Part shown: piece after piece, positions 1 to 8,744 of the stretch | How positions within the stretch are numbered: the first letter of the stretch is position 1 | Layout of the letters: every line of letters begins with the position of its first letter | Source of the DNA: Chloroflexota bacterium | Lineage (GTDB): Bacteria; Chloroflexota; UBA11872 | Direction: 5' to 3' | Assembly (NCBI GenBank): GCA_022820025.1 | Contig: JAJEGF010000001.1 | Coordinates: forward strand, 4,422 to 68,421 | DNA: 64,000 nucleotides | Made by a program: the position numbers and the translations under genes | The notes under the pieces: generated by a model | Database searches by the model: none | What the model saw: the letters and a program-made list of their open reading frames with translations, nothing else | Told to the model about the DNA's origin: nothing

Positions 1-981
1 AGGCGTCTCCACACCATCATCCACCATCATGTGCGAACCGAGATTGAACACTTGCTCTATCGAAGGAGCATCGACTTGTATGCGCACCTGGATTTCGTTC
101 CAGTGGCCCAACGCCTCCTCAATAGCACTTTCAAGACTCTTCAGAACGCTCTTACTTTGTTCATCCGTTGAGCGATCGTTGAGTTCATCGAGTACTTGTT
201 CTAAATCGGAACTCACTCGTTGAACACGTGGATCAGAAGCTAGCATTGACTGCACGGCAATGCGCATTAGCTTGCCGAAACTAGCTGATGTACGAGTCGC
301 TGACTCATCAGTGAGGTCTCGGACGGCCGGAAGGAATAGAAATTCGGGCAGAAGCCCTCCAGCGACGTTTGTCACGCCCATGAAATTTGTCGTCTCTGGC
401 TCTGGCTGATAGATGATGACATCATCATTAGCCATACGGAGCTTCTCAATCTCTTGCTGCAGTTCGTCGTTGGTAATTCTTCCTCCTCTGGTTAGTAGCG
501 CCTGGAGCGGAGCGGCCATGGGCTCTGAGTCGACGAGGTCTTGAAGGTTTGCTCTAGTGGTCAATCTGCGAGAGCTGATGGCTTCGCTTCGCATCCATTC
601 GACATTTGGCTCCCAGAGAACGCCTCGGTAACCGATGTTCCAAGTGCCTTCTTCGTATATGGCTTGACGGCGGACAGTCATTTCGCCATCCGGAGAGACA
701 TAGGTCTTGAAGGTGGTTTTCTCGTCATCGGTGAGGTCCAGAAAGGTGCCTTCTACATAGATCGTTGTTCCGTCTTGGAGATGTGGTTCCTGAGAGCCGG
801 GTGGATGGAAGGCATCGGAGTCTTCGATCTTCAGGCTAGGGTCAAGAAGAAATGCGATTGCTCTCATCACATTCGACTTTCCGCTGTTGTTCGAACCGAG
901 GAGCACTGTGAAAGGCGCAAGTTCGATATGGAGATCCTTTACGCTTCTATAACCTTGGATCTTGACGTGTTTCAGCCGCAT
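1..981 (-). CDS. P-loop ATPase of the OLD/ABC-like (AAA_15/AAA_21-type) family. Only the N-terminal ~327 codons are in the window, and the gene continues beyond position 1.
   Basis: This ORF is absent from the six-frame track because it has no stop within the window. Reverse-complement translation from the ATG at 981..979 gives MRLKHVKIQGYRSVKDLHIELAPFTVLLGSNNSGKSNVMRAIAFLLDP..., which has a Walker A motif (GSNNSGKS) in the typical OLD-family N-terminal context. A further ...LPEFLFLPAVRDLTDE... segment fits the family. A Shine-Dalgarno AAGGAG lies about 10 nt upstream (revcomp of 992-997). The ~1 kb region is markedly lower in GC than the rest of the window. Confidence 0.75.
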   Translation of the reverse strand, partial: MRLKHVKIQGYRSVKDLHIELAPFTVLLGSNNSGKSNVMRAIAFLLDPSLKIEDSDAFHPPGSQEPHLQDGTTIYVEGTFLDLTDDEKTTFKTYVSPDGEMTVRRQAIYEEGTWNIGYRGVLWEPNVEWMRSEAISSRRLTTRANLQDLVDSEPMAAPLQALLTRGGRITNDELQQEIEKLRMANDDVIIYQPEPETTNFMGVTNVAGGLLPEFLFLPAVRDLTDESATRTSASFGKLMRIAVQSMLASDPRVQRVSSDLEQVLDELNDRSTDEQSKSVLKSLESAIEEALGHWNEIQVRIQVDAPSIEQVFNLGSHMMVDDGVETP

Positions 982-1439
982 ATGTGTATGACTCCTTGAA
1001 TCAAGTTCTCGACCATAGGAGATCGTAGGTGTCGAGCTTGCGCGATTTCGCGTTTGGGCATCCGAGGTGCGTGCAAGCTTGGGCAGCGTCGGGTGTCGCC
1101 GGTGCGGGGGACGGGGCGCACCAAGCTCTGTGGCCGCTGATCCGAACTGTGATGGGCAACGAGGAGCGTGGCGTAGGAGGCCACGAGCGCAACAAGCATG
1201 ATCCGCCCTTTCGTCTCCGCCATGACGATTCATGCAGTCGGGAGGGGATGCCAGCCCGGTGCTTGAAGGGATGATATTACGGGGTTTGCACTGGAGAGTC
1301 AGGACGCGAATGGATAGTCACTAAGGACTGGGCGGCCAAGAGTGAGAGAAGTGGCGGCGCTTGGGTTGTGGGCGGACGGCGGAGGGAGAATAGGGAGGGA
1401 AATGTGGAGATCCCCTTCGGCAGGCTCAGGGCAGGCTCT

Positions 1440-1970
1440 CGGGGGACCGTCGGGATGACAAGAGGGGACGCCGGGATGACGGAGGGGGACGAAGACGGGC
1501 GGGTCAGAGACCACGCCCCTACGCTGGAATCGGAGCGGCGATGGGCTGAATTGTTTGCCCGTCCGGGATCGGAGGATCTGCTGGAAGGCCTGGCCGACGA
1601 GGCGCTGTCGGAGCATCGGGCGGGGCGGACTCGGCCGCTCAATGTGGACGATCTGTAGGTGTGCGTTCGCTTACGCGGCGGGGCTTCTGGGAGGCATATC
1701 GGGGCCTTTCCGAACGTATCGACAAGCTGGGAGCAGGCTCACTAGCAACGGTTGGGTGCCCGAAAGAGGCCGGTTAGAAACCGGCCGGTACGCAAGATCG
1801 GGACCGGATGACGGGGGATTCGGAGGCTTCAAGCGCTTGTGCTGTTGGGTGCCAGGGGTGGCTTGGGTGCGCTGGGGTTGATCATGGTGCTGGGTCCCGG
1901 CCGAGGACGCCGGGATGGCGGACGGGGACGAAGACGGGCGGGTCACAGACGCCGCCCCTACGCGAGATCG
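1440..1970. repeat. Direct repeats inside a ~1.1 kb GC-rich non-coding region. A ~58-bp unit gacgccgggatg.cgga.ggggacgaagacgggcgggtca.agac...cgcccctacgc occurs at ~1456-1513 and ~1897-1954, and acgc[a/g]agatcgggaccgg occurs at ~1780 and ~1950.
   Basis: These repeats were found by reading the sequence. The spacing is irregular, so this is not a CRISPR array. No convincing ORF overlaps the region (the track ORFs there are low-complexity). Modules of the same repeat family recur at 59.2-59.4 kb. Confidence 0.5.
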
Positions 1971-2125
1971 GGACCGGTTCACAAGGGCGTGCGATACTTG
2001 GGGGCGTGGGGTTTGGGGACGATCATTCTTTTAGGTTTTGACGGTCTGCCGGGCGCTTGTGTGCCGCGCGCCGGGTGGATTGGACGCCCTGGATGGGCTG
2101 CCGACGGCGAAGGAGCCGATACGCG

Positions 2126-3076
2126 ATGAGGGCGACGATCGTGTATGGGTTCCTGGGGGCGGGCAAGACGACGCTGTTGCGTTCGCTGGTTCCACAACTG
2201 GCCTCCCTGGAGTCGACGGCGCTGCTGGTGAATGAGTTCGGAATCGAAGGCGTGGATCAAGTGGTGCTGGCCTCGGACGATTTGACGGTGCGTCAATTGG
2301 TTGGCGGGTGTGTGTGCTGTGAGGTGCGGGGCGACCTGATGGTGGCGCTGGATGAGATTCATCGAACCGTCCGCCCGGAGCGGCTGGTGATTGAACCGAC
2401 GGGCCTGGCCTCGCCGGATACGTTGGCGCACGCGTTCGCGAGTCCCGCGGTGCGGTCGATGGTGCAGGTGGATTCGGTGATCACGGTGCTGGATGCGACG
2501 CGGTATGCGCTGGTGCGGGATCACCTGGGCGAGTTTTTCCCGAACCAGGTGCGGCACGCGGACCTGGTGCTGGTGAATAAGACGGACGCGGCGAGTGACG
2601 AGGAACGACGGGATGCGCGGGCGTGGGCGCGCGGGCTGAATGCCGAGGCGGCGATTGTTGAAAGTGTGTATTGCAGGGTCCATCCGGACCTCTTGCTGGC
2701 CGCCATTCGGCACGGTGGCGTGCGCAGGTCCGGGCCTGGCGACGATGTGGACCTTGGCGCACACGTCCCGCATGACGATTTGGTGGGGAGTGGATTGGAA
2801 CGGGTGGTGCTGGACACCAGTGGATTGCCCGCGGAGCGGGTCGACTCGTTTGTGGGCGACCTGGCGGCGGGGGTTTATGGCGAAGTGGTTCGCGCGAAGG
2901 GGTTTGTGCCTCACGCGGAGGGCTGCGCGCTGGTCGATGTGGTGCTGGGCGCCTGGGAGGTCCGACGGTTCGGGCCGGCGCCGCTGTACATCGACGTGAT
3001 TGGACGAAACCTGAAGACCAACGAAATGGAGACAGCAGTAACTCATGGCTTCAAGGAGCTCGCGTGCACGGCGTAG
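2126..3076 (+). CDS. CobW/COG0523-family G3E GTPase (putative metallochaperone)
   Basis: It has a Walker A motif GFLGAGKTTLL, the CXCC motif (GGCVCCEV) and a characteristic C-terminal domain. The ATG at 2126 (MRATIVYGF...) is preferred over the track start at 2057. Confidence 0.9.
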   Translation: MRATIVYGFLGAGKTTLLRSLVPQLASLESTALLVNEFGIEGVDQVVLASDDLTVRQLVGGCVCCEVRGDLMVALDEIHRTVRPERLVIEPTGLASPDTLAHAFASPAVRSMVQVDSVITVLDATRYALVRDHLGEFFPNQVRHADLVLVNKTDAASDEERRDARAWARGLNAEAAIVESVYCRVHPDLLLAAIRHGGVRRSGPGDDVDLGAHVPHDDLVGSGLERVVLDTSGLPAERVDSFVGDLAAGVYGEVVRAKGFVPHAEGCALVDVVLGAWEVRRFGPAPLYIDVIGRNLKTNEMETAVTHGFKELACTA

Positions 3077-3623
3077 CCGGCGCGCGTCAACAGATACCGC
3101 GGCAACCTCGGCCAATGGGACCGAGGCGGCGGCGAAGGGAAGTTCGGATAAGACGGTCTCGCACCTGACGCATCACCGGATGATCGCGCGCAATCTGAAT
3201 GCGCTGCGCGAGAATTTCGGCGAGCTGCGCAAGCAGGTGGTGGACACGGAGCGGCAGTACAAGCGCGGCGATAAGTCGCTGGATACCTCGCTGTTCCAGA
3301 CGCGGAACCAGGTGGAGGCGCTGGAGAAGCGGCTGCTGGAGTTCATCGAAGAGATGACCGAGGTGGCATTCAACTCGAACCTGGAGATCAAAGGGAATGC
3401 GGACCGGATCACGGCCATCTGGGAGGCGCTGGAGTCGTTTGCGCCGGACGCGGCGGATATCAAGCGGCGGCGCGAAGAATGCGAGAAGCGCGAGGAAGCG
3501 CGGCAGGACGAGATCGATCGCCGGTTGCAGGACCTGGCGGATGAGGCCAAGGACAACGGCTCGACGAAGCGTACGCCGCGGAAGGCGGCGGCCTCGGGCT
3601 CGAAGCGAAAGAGCGAGACGTAA
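3045..3623 (+). CDS. Hypothetical coiled-coil protein
   Basis: It has strong GC3 codon bias and charged heptad-like sequence. The next gene overlaps it in a TAATG arrangement. The start is uncertain, because the 3045 start overlaps the CobW 3' end. Confidence 0.55.
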   Translation: MASRSSRARRSRRASTDTAATSANGTEAAAKGSSDKTVSHLTHHRMIARNLNALRENFGELRKQVVDTERQYKRGDKSLDTSLFQTRNQVEALEKRLLEFIEEMTEVAFNSNLEIKGNADRITAIWEALESFAPDAADIKRRREECEKREEARQDEIDRRLQDLADEAKDNGSTKRTPRKAAASGSKRKSET

Positions 3624-4372
3624 TGCGGCGCATATCGGCGATTCCCGAAGACATCGATCTGGACATGGGCGACGAGGTGTCGTCGGACGGCCAGGACCTG
3701 CGAATGCTGGTGGACGAGCTGAAGGATGTGATCTCGAAGGAGCGGCCGGGCGAGCGAGCGCTGGCGAATTCGGCGCGCGAATTGACGCGGATGGCGGGGG
3801 CGCTACGGAATCAGTCGGGGACGGCGCACTCAGGGCCGCAGTTGCGGCTGGGCGTGTTTGTGGACACGGCGAATGTGAGCGACCGGGATCCGGACGATCC
3901 GATCCGACTGGATTTCAAGAAGTTGCTGGACGAGGTGACGGCGGATCGGCGGCTGATCCACGCACGGGCGTATTGCCCGATTTATGCTGATTTTGCGGGG
4001 CGACTGGAGCATCAGCGGTCGGTGGCGCCGGTGTGGGAGAAGGGGTACGACATCGTCACGAAGTCGATCAAGGTGTTCGCGGACGGGACGCGGAAGGCGG
4101 ACCTGGATATCGTGCTGGTGATGGATGTGATCCGGCGGCTGCCGACGATGGACGTGGTGGCGCTGGTTTCGGGCGACGGGGATTACGTGCCGATGGTGGA
4201 TTACCTGCGGGAGCACGGGCTGCGGGTGGAGGCGTATTCGTTCGCGGACGCGATGTCGGAGGACTTGCGGGTGGCGGCGAATGAGTGGTTCGATTTGTCG
4301 TCGGCGACGAGTTTGCACGTGGGCTCGAAGGGCGGGTCGCGGGGCGCGCGGCGCGTGGCGGCCAGGGCGTGA
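3623..4372 (+). CDS. NYN-domain (LabA-like, PIN-related) protein
   Basis: It shows the motifs GVFVDTANV ... DLDIVLVMDVI ... VALVSGDGDYVPMV. Confidence 0.75.
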   Translation: MRRISAIPEDIDLDMGDEVSSDGQDLRMLVDELKDVISKERPGERALANSARELTRMAGALRNQSGTAHSGPQLRLGVFVDTANVSDRDPDDPIRLDFKKLLDEVTADRRLIHARAYCPIYADFAGRLEHQRSVAPVWEKGYDIVTKSIKVFADGTRKADLDIVLVMDVIRRLPTMDVVALVSGDGDYVPMVDYLREHGLRVEAYSFADAMSEDLRVAANEWFDLSSATSLHVGSKGGSRGARRVAARA

Positions 4373-4385
4373 GTCGTATGGACGG

Positions 4386-4580
4386 ATGGCCATGAGCGCC
4401 AGGCGACGACGGCGACGACGGCGGCGGGTTCGCCCGGACGAGGAGCGCACGACGCGGCGGTTCAACCCGCGGCGGTGGATCACGCTGTCCGGAGTCTGGT
4501 CGATCCTGGCGTTGCTGGCGGTGCTTATGCTGATTGTGTCGCTGATCGCGCCCGCGCTGGGCACAGGAGTCGGAGGCTAG
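4386..4580 (+). CDS. Small Arg-rich protein with one C-terminal transmembrane helix (hypothetical)
   Basis: The sequence [31 protein letters not shown] precedes a hydrophobic helix. Codon usage is acceptable, but the gene is short, so confidence is low. Confidence 0.35.
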   Translation: MAMSARRRRRRRRRVRPDEERTTRRFNPRRWITLSGVWSILALLAVLMLIVSLIAPALGTGVGG

Positions 4581-4721
4581 GCACTGCGCGACTCACGCGA
4601 GAACCGGACCCACGAGCGGGCCGGCGGTCGCGGGCGGACACCGTTCGGTCTATGGCGGCTATTCAAGGTTGGCGGCACGGAATTCAACATTGACGCCAGC
4701 TGGCTGATCATTTTTGGGTTT

Positions 4722-5783
4722 GTGACGTGGACGACGGCGACGTCGGTGATCCCGGTGCGGCTGATCGATGCGAGCCTGAGCGAGGGCGTTCGCCTGGATG
4801 TGACGTGGCCGGCGATCTGGGCGGGCGGCGTGGTGACGAGTTTGCTGTTTTTCGGGTCGATCGTGGCGCACGAGGCGGCGCATACGGTGGTGGCAGTGCG
4901 GACGGGGATTCCGGTGCGGAGCATCCGGCTGTTCATTTTCGGCGGGCTGGCGGAGATGGGGCGGGAGCCGGATCGGCCGGGGCAGGAGTTCCTGATCACG
5001 GTGGTGGGGCCGCTGACCAGCGCGGCGCTGGGGGGGCTGTTCCTGGCGCTGGGGGATCAGCTGGACGCGGCGTCGATTCCGGCGGTGACGGCGCGCTGGC
5101 TGGGGGAGATGAACCTGGCGCTGGCGGTGTTCAACATGCTGCCGGGGTTCCCGCTGGACGGCGGGCGGATTCTGCGGTCGATCGTGTGGGCGGTGACGGG
5201 CGACGTGGTGCGCGGGACGCGGGTGGCGAGCTTTGTGGGCTCGGCGCTAGGGGCGGCGCTGATGGCGTTTGGGTTGATCCAGTTCCTGTTGCTGGGCGGG
5301 GCGGTGCAGTCGCTGTGGACCGGGGTGATTGGGTGGTTTCTGTGGTCGGCGGCGCGCGGGGGGTATCGGGACGCGATTCTGCGGCAACAGTTGCACCGGT
5401 ATCGGGTTCGGGACCTGGTGCGACCGGAGACGGGGGCGGTGCCGGGCGACGGGAGTGTGCAGGAGTTCATCGAGCGCGGGCTGTATCACGACCGGTTTGG
5501 CCTGCGGCCGGTGCTGGATTCGGCGGGCAAGCTGATTGGGATGCTGGAAGGGGACGACGTCCGGGATGTTCCACTAGAAGAGCGGCTGTATACGGTGCTG
5601 CGGGACATTGCGCGCCCGGTTGACCTGATGGCGGTGGTGGCGCCGGACGATCAGTTGAGCGTGGTGATCGATAAGGCGTATGAGACCGATCGGCGGCTGT
5701 TCTTCGTGGTCGAAGAGGGGCGGGTGCTGGGGACGGTGGATACGGTGGACGTTGTAAACACGCTGAGAGCGCGGAAACGCTAG
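4722..5783 (+). CDS. Site-2 protease (peptidase M50) with a C-terminal CBS pair
   Basis: It has the HEAAH zinc motif and the LPGFPLDGGR motif, a multi-TM N-terminal half and CBS-like C-terminal half. The start is a GTG. Confidence 0.85.
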   Translation: MTWTTATSVIPVRLIDASLSEGVRLDVTWPAIWAGGVVTSLLFFGSIVAHEAAHTVVAVRTGIPVRSIRLFIFGGLAEMGREPDRPGQEFLITVVGPLTSAALGGLFLALGDQLDAASIPAVTARWLGEMNLALAVFNMLPGFPLDGGRILRSIVWAVTGDVVRGTRVASFVGSALGAALMAFGLIQFLLLGGAVQSLWTGVIGWFLWSAARGGYRDAILRQQLHRYRVRDLVRPETGAVPGDGSVQEFIERGLYHDRFGLRPVLDSAGKLIGMLEGDDVRDVPLEERLYTVLRDIARPVDLMAVVAPDDQLSVVIDKAYETDRRLFFVVEEGRVLGTVDTVDVVNTLRARKR

Positions 5784-5858
5784 CTGGCCGCAACGAGCCA
5801 GCCGCTGGCGTCCACTATCATTTTGCGCGGGCGGCCCCCGCGCTAAGGAGAACTGCTA

Positions 5859-6659
5859 ATGGAGGTACTGCCGCGAGGGGCGCTCTTTGTTGATCTGGCG
5901 TCGCTGGACGTGATGACGGGCCATCACGGGGTGCGGGTGGCGTATGGGCGGCTGCGCGAACAGTTGACCCAGAGTCGCCGGCTGGTGCGGGCGGCGGCCT
6001 ACGGCGTGCGTGACGACGATCGCCCGGATACGGAGCAGCGGCTGGGCCGGCTGGCGGCCGAGGGGTTCAAGGTGATCGCGAAGCCGCTGCGGCTGCGCGC
6101 GGACGGTGTGCGCCGGGCCAGCCTGGGCGTGGACATTGCGGTGGACGCGTTGGAGTTGGCGCCGCACGTGGATGCGCTGAGCCTGCTGACCACCGATGCC
6201 GATCTGACCGTGCTGATCGAGGCAGTGCAGCGGCGAGGGGTGCGGGTTGAGCTGGTGACGAGCCGCGAATTGGCGCCGCCGGCGCTGGTGGAAGCAGCGG
6301 ATGACGTGACGGAGTTCGCGAGCGTGCTGGAAGCGGTGCGCAGCGAGGGCCACGGCCGCCGCGACCTGCCAACGGAGCGAGGAAACGCCCGGCCGCGCCT
6401 GGATCCGCCGCCGCGCCGGCGATCACGGCGACGGTCCCCGGCCAAGCCCGACCCCGACGCCGTCAAGGCCGTTCAGGCGGCCGAGACGTCGGCGGCCGTG
6501 AGTGAGGCGCCGGCGACTCCCAAGAAGCCCAGCCCTGAAGCCACTCCAGAAAAGCCCCAGGACGCCGCGGGCCCAGCGCCTGCCAGACCGTCCGTGAAGG
6601 TGCTGCCGCAGGAGTCGCTGACCGGACGGTCCGTGCGGAAGTCATCTCGCGAGGATTAG
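5859..6659 (+). CDS. NYN-domain (LabA-like) protein with a Pro/Ala/Lys-rich C-terminal tail
   Basis: It contains LFVDLASLD ... DIAVDALELA ... LLTTDADLTVLIEAV and is a paralog of the gene at 3623-4372. Confidence 0.7.
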   Translation: MEVLPRGALFVDLASLDVMTGHHGVRVAYGRLREQLTQSRRLVRAAAYGVRDDDRPDTEQRLGRLAAEGFKVIAKPLRLRADGVRRASLGVDIAVDALELAPHVDALSLLTTDADLTVLIEAVQRRGVRVELVTSRELAPPALVEAADDVTEFASVLEAVRSEGHGRRDLPTERGNARPRLDPPPRRRSRRRSPAKPDPDAVKAVQAAETSAAVSEAPATPKKPSPEATPEKPQDAAGPAPARPSVKVLPQESLTGRSVRKSSRED

Positions 6660-7532
6660 ATGCGGGTCGCGGTCACTGCCACGATTTGGGGCGAGCGCCC
6701 GTTTGCCCAGGTTGCGGAAGAGGCGCGGGACGCGGGGTACGCGGGGATTGAGGGCGTCGGCGACGTGGCCGGGAGCGTGCCGATGGCGCGTCGGGTGTTG
6801 GCTGATGAAGGCCTGGAGGTTACGGCCGGTCGGTTTTTTGCGAACTGGTTCGCGGAGATGTACCAGGACATCGAGTTCGATCAGTTGCAGCGGGCGGCCG
6901 AGTTCTATGCGGACATTGGCGCGCGCTTCCTGATTACGTCGTCGCGCCCGGTGCCCGAGCGGATGCTCACGGCGGGTCACGTCACAACCCAACGGCAGGA
7001 TGGGTTATTGGATTACCAGTGGACACAACTGGCGGACTCGCTGACGAAGGCGGCGTATATCACCCAGCGAGACTTTGAATTGCCCTTGCTGTTCCGCAAT
7101 CAGCTCGGATCCTACGTGGAATCCGGCGACGAGATGGACCAGTTGATCGGCATGACGGATCCGGACAACCTGCGGCTGGCGCCGGACATCGGTTACCTGG
7201 CCTACGCGGGGATGGACCCGCTGGACTTCGTGCGCCGGTATTTTGAGCGCATCGCGTACGTCACCCTGAAGGACCTGGACGCGGACCTGCTGGAACAGCA
7301 CATGTGGGCCAAGGGCTCGCTGGAAGAGTTCTGGGAGGCCGGTGGATTCCTGGAGTTGGGGGATGGGGACGTGGACGTCGAAGGGGTCGTGAGCCTGCTG
7401 CGGGAACGGGAATACGACGGCTGGCTGGCGGTGGGACATGACCGGCCGGGACGCGATCCCTCGGCCAGCGTTCAGATTTCGCGCGACTACCTGGTGGGGT
7501 TGGGCCTGGAACTCGAGGCGGAACTGACGTGA
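6660..7532 (+). CDS. Sugar phosphate isomerase/epimerase (xylose isomerase-like TIM barrel)
   Basis: This is a family-level call from its length and conserved Glu/Asp/His pattern (..YVTLKDLD.., ..GWLAVGHDRPGRD..). Confidence 0.75.
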   Translation: MRVAVTATIWGERPFAQVAEEARDAGYAGIEGVGDVAGSVPMARRVLADEGLEVTAGRFFANWFAEMYQDIEFDQLQRAAEFYADIGARFLITSSRPVPERMLTAGHVTTQRQDGLLDYQWTQLADSLTKAAYITQRDFELPLLFRNQLGSYVESGDEMDQLIGMTDPDNLRLAPDIGYLAYAGMDPLDFVRRYFERIAYVTLKDLDADLLEQHMWAKGSLEEFWEAGGFLELGDGDVDVEGVVSLLREREYDGWLAVGHDRPGRDPSASVQISRDYLVGLGLELEAELT

Positions 7533-8683
7533 GGCGCGGAATCGGTCGCCGCGACTTGTTGGCCGGGAGTGCGGCGGCGGCGTTGGCGGCGTTCACCGCG
7601 TGCGGCGATTCGTCGGTACGTCGAAAACAGGCAAGTTCAATCGCCCTGGCCAATGTGTGGCCGTGGGGCGCCAACACGTTTCTGGATCTTGAGGTCGAGA
7701 CCTGGAAGCGTCGACAGACCCTGGAAATGGTGCGTGACGCCGGCATCCGCTGGATCAAGCAGCACGCGCCCTGGGCCGACATTGAGACGCCGGCCCGGGG
7801 GCAGTACTTCAACGACGCGGCGCGCCGGTCGACGTGGGAAAAGTACGACCAGATCGTGGACCTAGCCGAAGAGGCGGGCGTCGACATCATTGCGCGGATC
7901 GACCGAGCCCCGGCATGGGCGCGAGGCAATCAAGCCAATCCGACGGCGCCGCCGGTTGCCTTGCGCGACTACGGACGATTCCTTACGGCGTTTGCCACGC
8001 GCTACCGCGGGCGGATTCGTCACTTTCAGGTATGGAACGAGCCGAATCTGGCGCACGAGTGGGGTGGGTCGCCGCCGCAGCCGGGCGCCTATGCCCGAAT
8101 GCTGGAAGTGGCCAGCCGAGCGATCAAGGGCGTGGACGATGAGAACGTGGTCATCGCCGCGCCGATGGCCGCCACACTGGAGAACAGTCCGCGGGCGATG
8201 GACGAGATTCGCTATCTGCAGCAGCTGTATGAGGCGGGCGCCGGGGATCACCTGGACGTGCAGGCAGCCAACGCCTTTGGCCTGGAGCATCCGCCGGACG
8301 CTCCACCCGATCCGGATGTGCTGAACTTCAGGCGCGTGGAGTTTGTGCGCGAGTTGATGGTGGAATTCGGTCTGCACAACCGGCCGATCTGGTTCAATGA
8401 GTACGGTTGGAACGCGTCGCCGGCAGACATGAATCCAGCCAAGCTCGTATGGCGGCGGGTCACCGAAGAAACGCAGGCCGAGTGGACCGTGGAGGGCGTG
8501 CGATATGCCCTGACCCACTGGCCGTGGGCCGGCGTATTCAATCTCTGGTTTTTCCGCAAGCCGCTGGCGGCCCTGCAGCCGGACGAGAGCGAGTATTACT
8601 TCCGCATGGTGGAACCGGATTTCACGCCACGGCTGGTCTATCGGGCCGTGCAACGCGCCGCCACGGGCGCCGCATTCCCATAG
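7529..8683 (+). CDS. Secreted (Tat signal, possible lipoprotein) glycoside hydrolase of clan GH-A
   Basis: It has an N-terminal MRRGIGRRDLLAGSAAAALAAFTACG signal and the catalytic acid motif FQVWNEPNL. Its 4-nt overlap with the upstream gene suggests operon organisation. Confidence 0.8.
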   Translation: MRRGIGRRDLLAGSAAAALAAFTACGDSSVRRKQASSIALANVWPWGANTFLDLEVETWKRRQTLEMVRDAGIRWIKQHAPWADIETPARGQYFNDAARRSTWEKYDQIVDLAEEAGVDIIARIDRAPAWARGNQANPTAPPVALRDYGRFLTAFATRYRGRIRHFQVWNEPNLAHEWGGSPPQPGAYARMLEVASRAIKGVDDENVVIAAPMAATLENSPRAMDEIRYLQQLYEAGAGDHLDVQAANAFGLEHPPDAPPDPDVLNFRRVEFVRELMVEFGLHNRPIWFNEYGWNASPADMNPAKLVWRRVTEETQAEWTVEGVRYALTHWPWAGVFNLWFFRKPLAALQPDESEYYFRMVEPDFTPRLVYRAVQRAATGAAFP

Positions 8684-8744
8684 AACGAACCTGAGACACC
8701 TACTGCGACCGCGGCGCGGCTGGCTGCTGCCGGCGGCCGTAGCG

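Noticed and set aside
541-999. 152-aa plus-strand ORF in the low-GC region
   Set aside because: It is antisense to the OLD-family ATPase gene, which shows a clean Walker A and a Shine-Dalgarno. The plus-strand product has no recognisable features.
1440-1970. Possible CRISPR array
   Set aside because: The repeats are few, of unequal length and irregularly spaced. There is no repeat-spacer periodicity and no cas genes.
1979-3115. 378-aa minus-strand ORF overlapping the CobW-like gene
   Set aside because: It is antisense to a well-supported gene, and its composition is Arg/His/Pro/Gln-rich and low-complexity, as expected for a GC-rich shadow frame.
4727-5623. 298-aa Gly/Ala/Arg-rich plus-strand ORF
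   Set aside because: It is an alternative frame of the site-2 protease gene and is low-complexity.
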